Position numbers and translations under genes: made by a program
Origin: an uncultured Actinomycetes bacterium
Lineage (GTDB): Bacteria > Actinomycetota > Acidimicrobiia > IMCC26256 > PALSA-610
Direction: 5' to 3'
Length of the DNA stretch: 64,000 bases
Assembly: GCA_963841215.1 (NCBI GenBank)
Contig: CAWJBW010000003.1
Location: 680,269 to 744,268, forward strand
The notes under the pieces: generated by a model
What the model was told of the DNA's origin: nothing
Seen by the model: the letters and a program-made list of their open reading frames with translations, nothing else
Database searches by the model: none
Shown here: positions 33,664 to 41,986 of the stretch, piece after piece
Layout of the letters: each line of letters opens with the position of its first letter
How positions within the stretch are numbered: position 1 is the stretch's first letter

Positions 33664-34269
33664 TCAGTCCTCCCAGTAGCGCTGCTCGCGCCACGGGTCG
33701 CCATAGTTGTGGTAGCCGAGGCTCTCCCAGAAGCCGGGCTCGTCCTCGTCGAGCAGCCGCAGGCCCCTGACCCACTTGGCGCTCTTCCAGAAGTAGAGGT
33801 GGGGGACGAGGAGCCGAGCAGGGCCTCCGTGCTCGGCTTCGAGTTCGTCGCCGTCGAAGGCATAGGCGACCCACGCCTTGCTGTCGAGCACGTCGGAGAG
33901 CGGCAGATTGGTCGTGTAGCCGCCGTCGGAGAAGGCGAGGACGAAGTCGGCGGACGTTTCGATGCCGTCGAGCAGGACATCGACCGACACCCCGGTCCAG
34001 CGGGTGCCGAGCTTGGACCACTTGGTCACGCAGTGGATGTCGACGGTGATGTCCTCTGTCGGCAGGGAGCGGAGCTCCTCCCACGTCCACCGCGCCGCCA
34101 CGGTGCCGCGGTCATCGACGATCGTGAAGTCCCAATCGTCGAGCGGCACCGACGGTGTGGGCCCGGCGGTGAGGACCGGAAAGTCATCGACGAGATACTG
34201 GCCGGGAGGGATGAGGCCGACACCGGGCTGACGGCGACGACCCTCGAAGCCGCGGTTGACGATGGCCAT
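33664..34269 (-). CDS. sulfite-oxidase-like molybdopterin oxidoreductase (catalytic-domain-only type)
   Basis: Intact 201 aa: DIHCVTKWSKLGTRWTGVSV, EHGGPARLLVPHLYFWKSAKWVRGL, FWESLGYHNYGDPWREQRY. Confidence 0.8.
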   Translation of the reverse strand: MAIVNRGFEGRRRQPGVGLIPPGQYLVDDFPVLTAGPTPSVPLDDWDFTIVDDRGTVAARWTWEELRSLPTEDITVDIHCVTKWSKLGTRWTGVSVDVLLDGIETSADFVLAFSDGGYTTNLPLSDVLDSKAWVAYAFDGDELEAEHGGPARLLVPHLYFWKSAKWVRGLRLLDEDEPGFWESLGYHNYGDPWREQRYWED

Positions 34270-34425
34270 CAGGCCTCCCTTCGGTGTTCAGCAACGTAGG
34301 CCGCCGTCCCGGCATGGGCAACGAGCTCGCATTGTGTTGTCCCGCGATGTGTTCGTCCTATCGGGTCATCCTCAGGTCAGTGCGAGGATGGTCCGCAAGG
34401 TGGGCGTGTGCGTAAGGTCGAACTC

Positions 34426-34438
34426 GCCCCTCCGACAC
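34426..34438 (+). repeat. tRNA-Leu 3'-end direct repeat, copy 7 (GCCCCTCCGACAC), distal island boundary
   Basis: 12/12 identity. The preceding GGTCGAACTCG also resembles the tRNA T loop/stem. Confidence 0.85.
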
Positions 34439-34443
34439 GAATG

Positions 34444-34968
34444 TCATGTCGCGAGACATCGGAGACTGATGTCGCGGGTCATGGCAGACATCAGCGACGG
34501 ACTGTTCGGCGTGGCGGCGTCCGAGGCTGATGTGGTGGAGCCGGCCTCGGTGTCGGATGGTGAGTTTGCCGTAGCGGTCGATGCGGTCGCGGTGAAGTCG
34601 GTAGCCGTCAATGGTGATTCCGGTGAGGTTCGCGCTGTGAACGCGTCGAGCGGTGTGCGTCGGTTGATGCTGCGGTGCGGCCGGGTGTTGTTGTAACCGT
34701 CGACGTGACGACGGTTGAGGTACGTATGGATCGTCTGCGCACCGCCATCGAAGCCGGCCTCGGTGAGCTGCTTGCGGAGCGCGACGATTTCGTCCTCGAA
34801 CAGGTCCGCGATCCGCGACGCGGTGCATCCCATGCGCCGCCGGCTGACCGATGTGCGTGCTGCCGCCGTGATCGTCGCGACCGACGTCATGGCTCTTGGT
34901 CGCTGTTTCTGTGGCAGCCACGCTCGTGGCTCGGCGCCTCGGCCGCGAGCGCTATATGAGCTCGACAT
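34444..34968 (-). pseudogene. IS481-family transposase remnant (internal deletion of the DDE core, plus frameshift)
   Basis: N-terminal-type FEDEIVALRKQLTEAGFDGGAQTIHTYL is fused directly to the rve C-terminal YNNTRPHRSINRRTPLDAF. In another frame comes IDRYGKLTIRHRGRLHHISLGRRHAEQSV, typical of the IS481 C-terminus. The reading frame runs into repeat copy 7. Confidence 0.7.
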
Positions 34969-36377
34969 CCGGCAGCGTCCATGTGCCGTCGAACAGCGGC
35001 GCAGTGGGGCTGTAGAGGCGGAACATCGGGTAGAAGCCTCTGCCGGGAACGGTCTCGAGCCAGTTGCTCTCTTGGCCGGCCGGTTTGTGGGGTCCGAAAT
35101 ACAGGTCGAGCGAGCCGTCCGCGTTCGTGCCGAGATCGTCGTAGGACGAGCGGGCCGCGTCGTTCGTTGGGTTCTGGAGCATGGAACGGGTCGCGCTGTC
35201 GTAGAGCGACAAGGACCAGAAGGCCGCAGCCGGTGGATTCGCAGGTACGTGCAAGCGGTAGGACTTGCCGCCGTCGAAGTGGTTGCCGTCCTTGTCCCGG
35301 AAGGTCTGGACGTAGTTCGTACCGGGACCGGGTTTCATGACGCCGATGGCCGGCGACAAGTAGATCGCGCCGTAGGTGTATTGCAAACGCTCGTCGAGTT
35401 GGCTGTAACTCTCGGCTTCCTGGCTGGGCTTCACGAGGATCACCCAGTCCCAGCGAGTGTCGGGAAACGGCTTGGGGACGTCTTTCGCGCGTGCCCTCGT
35501 ACATCACGTTGCGTGCCATCGCGTCGGCGAGATCGGCGGCCTCCTCGAGGATGGCCGTCTGCCGCGCGTCAGGGTGGAACGGCTTGCCCTTCTCGATGCC
35601 GAGCGGCTTGAGCATCGCCATGAAGAAGCGATCGTGCTCCTGAACAGGATTGTTGTTGATGACCGCAGCGAGTCGCGCCCAGTAGTCCAGACCAGCGGGA
35701 GGTGTGGTGTCGATCAGCTTGCCCGAGATCGAGACGAACTTGTTCGGCTTCGGATTCTCGCGTTCGCTCCACGGATAGATCTTGGTCTTCCGGACGCGCG
35801 CTACGGCGTCGGCGACGTCGTTGTTGACGAGGATGCCGCGCACCAGGAGGTTGTGGTTGTTCATCGTTGCCTGAAGTACGTGGTAGCCGGACGAGGGAAC
35901 TTCGCCGTCGTAGTCAGGTGGCAGGAGGAGGAACTTGCCGCCCTTGTCTCCGTCGGGTCCGGGCAGGCCGACGTCGGCGAGCGAGCGTTGCCAGAAGTCG
36001 TCCAAGAGGCCGACGATGGCGCCGGGTGGAATGTCGATCACGACCGGCCCTTGGGCGACGTCGAGGTTGACGAATGCGTAGATCGTCGTGTCGTTCGCGG
36101 TGAGCCAGACCGAGTTCGGGTCGACGAAGTTGTCTGCAATGCCCAGGTCGTTGACGTCCATGCCCAGGTCGTGCTTGGCCGTGAGCCGGATGGACTCGAA
36201 CGACACGGCGGGATAGCCCCACAGGTAGGCCTGCACTGCGCGTTGGAAGTCCATCTCGTCGTAGAGCTTCCGCGACGTCTCCGGCGTTGGGAAACCCAAC
36301 TCGTACCGCAGCGCGCCGATGCGTGGGAGCTCCACGCTGTCGGGAATCGTGGCGTTTGGGTGTGCAGCGCCGGTCAT
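34952..36377 (-). CDS. DUF1254/DUF1214 domain protein, paralogue 1 (one frame switch near 35470)
   Basis: FQRAVQAYLWGYPAVSFE, NSVWLTANDTTIYAF, DFWQRSLADVGLPGPDGDKGGKFLLLPP, then FWSLSLYD and the C-terminal RLYSPTAPLFDGTWTLPDVE. Full-length similarity to 38626..40188. Confidence 0.8.
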
Positions 36378-36477
36378 GGAGGTGTCCTTCCTAGGTGGAA
36401 TGCTGAGTCGACGACGCGAACCTTGGTGCGGTCGTCGTCACGCAGTTGCCGTGTCGCAATTGGCGGTGCGCCGTCAG

Positions 36478-37649
36478 TCGAGCATTTGTTGCACGGTGGG
36501 CTGGGCGCGTTCGGCGACTCGCTGGATGACGCCTCTGCGATCGCAGGCGCGAGATGGCGTCGCTCGCGATCACCCACGCCGGTACCGCGAGGATGAGGCC
36601 GACGATGCCGCCGAGGAGGCCGCCCAGCGCGGTGACGACAAGCACGACGAGGGGGTGGATGTCGAGGGTGCGGCCCATGACCTTGGGCTCGACGAAGTTC
36701 TCGAGCGCGAGGTTGGCGGCGAGTACGACGGCGAGCATGATGGCGGCCTCGGGGAGCCCGCCTTCGCCGAGGGCGATGATGACGGCGAGGCCGCCGCCGA
36801 GGAAGGCGCCGATGTAGGGGATGTAGCCGCCGATGAAGTTCACCACGATGATGGTGAACACCAGCGGCAAGCCCATCAGGAGCGCGGCGACGCCGACGAC
36901 GACCGACACGATGGCCGACATGGCGGTGCGGCCGCGCCCGTAGTCGCGCAGGATGCGACACGCGCTCCCGATGAAGTCGTCGAACTCACTTTGGAACGCG
37001 GGATCGACCGTTGACACGACGGCGCGCCGAAGTCGGGTGCCGTCCTTGAGCATGTAGTACATGATGAGTGCACCGAGGATGATGCCGCCTGCGATCGCGA
37101 CGATCGCGCCGATGCCGGAAACCAACCCGGAGAGCACGCCGGTCGCGATGACGGGGACCGCGTCGTTGACTGCTTTCCGGGCCGCGTCCAGTTCGCCCTC
37201 GTCGATGCCGAGTTCGTCGGTCTGATCCCCGGCCTCGTCGAGTGCCTTGTCGACCGAGGAGCTGATGTCATCGGTCTGCTCGGTGACGCCGCGGACGGTT
37301 CCGACGAGCACGCCGGCCATCAGGAGGAGGAGACCGAGGACGACCACAGCCGCAGCGAGCGACGGCTTGAATCGGTGGCGTACGAGCACTCCGATCAGGG
37401 GCCGGAAGCACACGGCCAGCACGGCCGCGAAGGTCATCGGGAGGAGGATCTCGCTGACGAACCCGAGCGCGATCACGATGATGGTCGCGGCGACGACGAA
37501 CCCGACGAAGCTCCAGGCCCACACTCCGATGCGCGGGATCCGGCGGACGGCCGCAGGAACGTCATCTGGTTCCGTACGCGCCGCTCCGTGTTTTCCTCGG
37601 TTTGAGCAGTCGTGTTGGACTCGTCCGCGAGATCAGAGATCTGAGACAT
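36478..37649 (-). CDS. AI-2E family transporter (PerM-like); frame switches near 37560 and 36540
   Basis: Eight or so TM helices; IIVVNFIGGYIPYIGAFLGGGLAVIIAL, ENFVEPKVMGRTLDIHPLVVL. Start MSQISDLADE at 37649; corrected C-terminus GVIQRVAERAQPTVQQMLD stops at 36478. Confidence 0.8.
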
Positions 37650-38613
37650 GTGCGACGGCCTCCAGGAGTCTTCGGCTTGTCTGCGATTGCTCGGCAATGG
37701 TCATGAGTCTTCGGTGCTTTGGAACGCGTCGCGGAGCGTGAGCTCGCGCGGGTGGCGGGAGCGGCGGGCGCGCGTCGGCGGCCAGTATCGGAGCGTCGTT
37801 GCCGCGGGCGAGCGCGCCGATGGGACCGTTGTCTTCGGCGAAGACGACTCCGGCGCACGCACCGAGCAAGATGCATATCGCCGCGCCGGAGAACCAGGTC
37901 ACCAATGCGAGCGCGACGCCGAAGACGCCGAACTGGTTTTCGTTGTCGGTCACCACTTCGGACATCCAGATCGTGGCCGAGAAGGCGTACACGGCGGTCG
38001 CGATCCCGGTGATCACTCCGGTCGGCAGCAACGCCCGCGCCCGGACATCACCCAACAGGAGGAACCACGCCGTGAACCACCACAGGGCCGTGGTTGCCGC
38101 GAGCGTCAAGATCGCGAAGAGCCCGAGGCCGAGCCATCCGTCGAGGGCGCCGCGCAGGGCGCCGAGGACGGCCAGCTGCACGAGAATCGCCAGCAGCCAC
38201 GTCACGCCGCGCCAGTGTGCGCCCGCGCGTGCGCCGGGCGGTCGTCGCCACACGCGGAGGTAGGCGCGCTGCAGCGCCGTCGTGAACGAGGACACGAAGA
38301 AGATCATGAACGCGAGCCCGAGCAGGCCGGTGGCCTTGCGAACGTCGTCCGACGACGCGAACGCCTCTCTGGTCGTCGTGAGCGCATCTCCCTCGAGCCC
38401 GAATCGGGCTGTGACGCCGGTGATGATCGACGTCCGGGTGCGGTCGGGCACGAACGCGGCGACGACGATGACGAGCGGGAAGAACGAGACGAATGCCTTG
38501 CCGGCGAGGGCGACGCTGCGGTCGAGGAACTCGATCTCGAGCATGCGTTCCCACACTCGCCAGAGGAGCAACCGCTCCAACCAGTTGCGCAGCTCGGCGA
38601 TTCGTTCGCGCAC
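37633..38613 (-). CDS. YihY/BrkB (virulence factor BrkB) family membrane protein
   Basis: Intact 326 aa: LDRSVALAGKAFVSFFPLVIV, SSFTTALQRAYLRVW, six hydrophobic helices. Confidence 0.8.
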   Translation of the reverse strand: MRERIAELRNWLERLLLWRVWERMLEIEFLDRSVALAGKAFVSFFPLVIVVAAFVPDRTRTSIITGVTARFGLEGDALTTTREAFASSDDVRKATGLLGLAFMIFFVSSFTTALQRAYLRVWRRPPGARAGAHWRGVTWLLAILVQLAVLGALRGALDGWLGLGLFAILTLAATTALWWFTAWFLLLGDVRARALLPTGVITGIATAVYAFSATIWMSEVVTDNENQFGVFGVALALVTWFSGAAICILLGACAGVVFAEDNGPIGALARGNDAPILAADARPPLPPPARAHAPRRVPKHRRLMTIAEQSQTSRRLLEAVAHVSDL

Positions 38614-38625
38614 GTCGCTGACACC

Positions 38626-40188
38626 TCAGATCGGTTCGATCTCACTGGGACGCCACGTCTTGTCGAAGAACGATTGGAGCGGGTTGTAGAGCCGCAGGAT
38701 CGTCCACCAGCCTTTGCCCGGGACGGTTTGGAGCCAGTTGGCTTCGTTGCCTTCCGGTGCGGTGGGCCCGAAGTAGATGTCGGTCGAGCCGTCGGCGTTG
38801 GCCGCGATGGTTCCCGACTGGCTGCCGAGACGTGGGAAGTGTTGGTCGGTTTGGAGCATGGAGCGGGTCTGCCGGTCGTAGAGCAGCACGGACCAGAAGC
38901 GACTTTCGGGGATGTCGGCCGGAAGCGTGAGGCGATAGTTGCGCGCGCCGTCGAAGTACTCGCCATTGCCGTCTCGCATCGCGAAGATGTACTGCGAGCC
39001 GATGCCCGTGAGACGCATGCACATCGCCGGCGTGATGCCCGTGGCCATGTAGAAGAAGTTGGTGCGGGAATTGAGCTTGCGGGCGCCGTCGCTGGCCGCT
39101 GCGACCGGCCCGTCGGCGGTGATCTGCGGGGGCGGGTCGAGGAACTCGTAGCCGCCGACGAAGAGCGCACTGCACCATTGCGAGTTCGGGTAGTAGGCGA
39201 AGCCTTCCTCGGGGCGTGGCGCAAAGGTGACGGTGCGGGCCGTCGCGTTGCCGACAACGACGGCGTCCTCGAGGATCTTGCGCATGCGTGCGTCGGGTGC
39301 GAACGGCTGGCCGTGGACGATCCCGACGGCGGCGAGGAGGCCGAGCAGTTCCGGATCAGCGGCGTCGGGTGGTTCTTGCTGGACCAACTCGTTGACCAGC
39401 TCCCAGTAACCGAAGTCGTTCGGGAAGATCGTGTTGCACGACATGCCCGACGCCTCGACGAAGCTCGTCTCGGGTGCTTCGGACGATGTGCCCAACGGCG
39501 CTTGTCCCGTGAGGAACGTCGCGACCGCCGTGCCCTGAGCACCGGGCACGTAGCGAGAGACGCGAAAGCCTGTGCGGATCACCTCGGTCGGGATCTTCGG
39601 ATCGTTGTCGACCATGAACGCCCGGCCAATGATTGTCACGCGCGTCGTGCGAACGTGCGAGACGTGGAAGCCGCTGTCGGGCAGCGGACCGTCATAGCCC
39701 GGCCCCACCATCAGATACCGGCCGCCCCGGCCGCGGTCCGGGCCGGGCAGACCGACGTCGGTCACCCACCGGAACCACATGTCATCGATGGTGCCGAGGA
39801 TCCCCGACGGCGCGTCGATCGAAGGCACGTCGATCACCATGGGGCCGTCGGTCAAGTCGAGGAAGCCCCAGAAGTAGATCGTGTCGCAGTTCGCAGTCAG
39901 GAAGAGCGACGCGGAATCCATCAGCTCCGGAAAGAACGAGAACGAGTTGTCCTGGACGCCCATGGAGAGAAACCCGCGGCGCACGGCCGCAATCGACGCG
40001 CCCGGCAGCGCACCGAGAAACGCCTGCACGCCTTGTACGAAGTCGAGATGGTCGTACAGCAATGCGGCCGTCGCCTCCGACGGTGCGCCATCGTCGAACT
40101 CCAAGGTTCCGAGGCGGCTCTCGACCTTGTCGGGCGTCGAGATCGACTGCAGTGTCTCGGCCGAAACGCCAGGCTGCGAACCGCTCAT
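38626..40188 (-). CDS. DUF1254/DUF1214 domain protein, paralogue 2 (intact)
   Basis: ATG 40188 with AAGGAGG upstream: FVQGVQAFLGALPGASI, LFLTANCDTIYFW, DMWFRWVTDVGLPGPDRGRGGRYLMVGP, FWSVLLYD, RLYNPLQSFFDKTWRPSEIE. Confidence 0.85.
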   Translation of the reverse strand: MSGSQPGVSAETLQSISTPDKVESRLGTLEFDDGAPSEATAALLYDHLDFVQGVQAFLGALPGASIAAVRRGFLSMGVQDNSFSFFPELMDSASLFLTANCDTIYFWGFLDLTDGPMVIDVPSIDAPSGILGTIDDMWFRWVTDVGLPGPDRGRGGRYLMVGPGYDGPLPDSGFHVSHVRTTRVTIIGRAFMVDNDPKIPTEVIRTGFRVSRYVPGAQGTAVATFLTGQAPLGTSSEAPETSFVEASGMSCNTIFPNDFGYWELVNELVQQEPPDAADPELLGLLAAVGIVHGQPFAPDARMRKILEDAVVVGNATARTVTFAPRPEEGFAYYPNSQWCSALFVGGYEFLDPPPQITADGPVAAASDGARKLNSRTNFFYMATGITPAMCMRLTGIGSQYIFAMRDGNGEYFDGARNYRLTLPADIPESRFWSVLLYDRQTRSMLQTDQHFPRLGSQSGTIAANADGSTDIYFGPTAPEGNEANWLQTVPGKGWWTILRLYNPLQSFFDKTWRPSEIEPI

Positions 40189-40477
40189 CGTGCCTCCTTG
40201 ACCGTGCTCTCGTGTGAGAGCTGCGACATGACGATCATCCGGCACTGAGCCTCGGCAGTCGTCACACAGAACGCATGAAGCTCGCTCCTGTCCGTCGAAC
40301 CGCTCGCGTGTCTCGCAGCTCTCGAAGCGAGGCCCGAATCATCTGATCTGTGTGATGCCGGTGGTGCGATTTCGGCCGACGATGGCTCGAGCGCGGCCAG
40401 CCAGCCCGATGGTCGCCAGCCGCTTGCCCACTTCTCGCGTCCCGGACGGCGCGAAGGCTCAACAGGAGGACTCGCCC

Positions 40478-40999
40478 ATGAGCATCGGACCCATCCAGGC
40501 GTTCGTGATCGGCTTTCCCGACAGCGACCTGTTCGAAGGTCGGATCGCCGAAGAGTTGGCCCGGCTCAGTGACGTCGGCCAGATCCGGATCGTCGATGCC
40601 GTCTTCGTGATGCGCGACGGCGACGACGTCGTCGCGCTGAGCGTGTCCGATCTCGATGACGACCAACGAGCCGAGTTGCGCGCCGCGGTCGGAGCCCTGG
40701 TCGGGCTGGGCCTCGCCGGCGTGGAGGGCGCAGAGGTCGGCGCCGAGGTCGGCGCGACCAGCGATGTCGAAGGCCCGAGCGCGGCCGAAGCCCTCGCCGC
40801 GGCGCTGATCGACGACCTGCCCGACGGCAGCTCGGCGCTCGTGCTCGCGATCGAGCACCTCTGGGCGATCCCGCTGCGCGACGCCGTCCGCGACGCGGGC
40901 GGTCTGGTGCTCGGGCACCGCTCGCTCACGCCCGAGGAACTGGTCGCGTTCGGCATGGACGTGGGCGACGAGCTCGAGCGACGCGACGCCGGCGCGTAG
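40478..40999 (+). CDS. conserved hypothetical protein (DUF6325/DUF1269-like, tentative)
   Basis: ATG 40478 with AGGAGGA upstream: MSIGPIQAFVIGFPDSDLFEGRIAEELARLSDVGQIRIVDAVFVMRDGDD...LVLAIEHLWAIPLRDAV. Intact 173 aa. Confidence 0.7.
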   Translation: MSIGPIQAFVIGFPDSDLFEGRIAEELARLSDVGQIRIVDAVFVMRDGDDVVALSVSDLDDDQRAELRAAVGALVGLGLAGVEGAEVGAEVGATSDVEGPSAAEALAAALIDDLPDGSSALVLAIEHLWAIPLRDAVRDAGGLVLGHRSLTPEELVAFGMDVGDELERRDAGA

Positions 41000-41063
41000 C
41001 CGTATTCCCTGGCGTGGGTTCTGATCTTCACGGCGGGGCACGTGACAGAGGGGTGAGTCGACC

Positions 41064-41397
41064 TTGGACTACACGGACGTGTTGCGCAGTCTCGCCATCA
41101 ACGACACGCATTTCGCCGAGGACGGTGTGGAGGTCGAGTTCCACGCACTCGACGCCGAAGACACTGGCACTCGTCCGCCTCGCCGCGCTGATCGCGGTCG
41201 GCGGCGCGGTGCCGTCCTACGGCGCCGAGACCGACGCGGCCGTGAACGTCGGCGCGACGGCGAACGAGATCGTCGAAGTGCTGCTCGGCGTCCTCCCGAT
41301 CGTCGGGCTTCCGTGCGTCGTTGCCGCCGCGCCCAACCTCGCCATGGCACTCGGATACGACACCGACGCGGCCCTGGAACACCAATCCGAAATCTGA
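41064..41397 (+). CDS. carboxymuconolactone decarboxylase (AhpD-like) family protein (one frame switch near 41160)
   Basis: LDAKTLALVRLAALIAVGGAVPSYGAETDAAVNVGATANEIVEVLLGVLPIVGLP is typical CMD-domain sequence. The N-terminal 30 aa are in a different frame. Confidence 0.65.
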
Positions 41398-41484
41398 CAA
41401 GCGAAGAGCACACGGTGTGGTCACCTGATCTGGGTGATGCAGCCGTGCCGTTCCGTCGACGATGGTCGAGCAGGAGGTAGATCG

Positions 41485-41958
41485 ATGCAACGTTGGAGCA
41501 AGTTCTCCGGGATCGGCCGAGCGGTCGTCGCGTGTGTTGCGCTCACCGCCGTGGTGGCGTCGTGCGGCGGCGACGATGACGATGACTCCTCATCGGCAGC
41601 GACGACGACAACGACCGCATCCGTCTGCGCGGATCGCGAGGCGTTGCAGACCTCGGTCGACAGCCTGCAGAACGTCGACCTGGTCGCGGAGGGAACCAAC
41701 GGCGTGAACGCTGCGATCGACGACGTACAAGAAGACCTGACGGCGTTGCAGACCTCGGCCAGCGCCGAATTGCAGCCCGAAGTAGAAGCGGTCCAAGACG
41801 ACGTCGACGAGCTGAAGACCGCGGCCGAGAACCTCGACTCCGGTGGTGCCGCCGGTGCCGCCGATGCCGCCGCGGCGGTGGCGGACGTCGCGAGCTCCGC
41901 GAGCACGTTGCTCGATTCGCTGGCTGACGGAGCATGTGGTTCGTCGACGACGACGTGA
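41485..41958 (+). CDS. secreted lipoprotein, Ala/Asp-rich helical
   Basis: Signal peptide and lipobox AVVACVALTAVVASCGGDDDDD. Mature part is low-complexity helical (LQTSVDSLQN..., LTALQTSA...). Confidence 0.7.
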   Translation: MQRWSKFSGIGRAVVACVALTAVVASCGGDDDDDSSSAATTTTTASVCADREALQTSVDSLQNVDLVAEGTNGVNAAIDDVQEDLTALQTSASAELQPEVEAVQDDVDELKTAAENLDSGGAAGAADAAAAVADVASSASTLLDSLADGACGSSTTT

Positions 41959-41986
41959 CCCGGTCGGCTCACCGGCGAGCGTTGTG

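Larger units (their letters stand above)
14372..34438. mobile_element. composite, apparently decayed genomic island at tRNA-Leu(GAG), partitioned by six further direct copies of the tRNA 3' end
   Basis: Same-orientation copies of CCCCTCCGACAC at 25348, 27191, 28663, 31198 and 34427, plus a 10-nt version at 31089. Truncated genes sit at several junctions and an IS481 remnant lies at the distal edge. No integrase recognised. Confidence 0.6.

Noticed and set aside
14372-34438. Integrase, excisionase, or conjugation or phage genes that would define a classical ICE or prophage
   Set aside because: None was found on reading all listed ORFs and the gaps in both strands. I cannot exclude a badly frame-shifted remnant without an HMM search, so absence is reported as an observation only.
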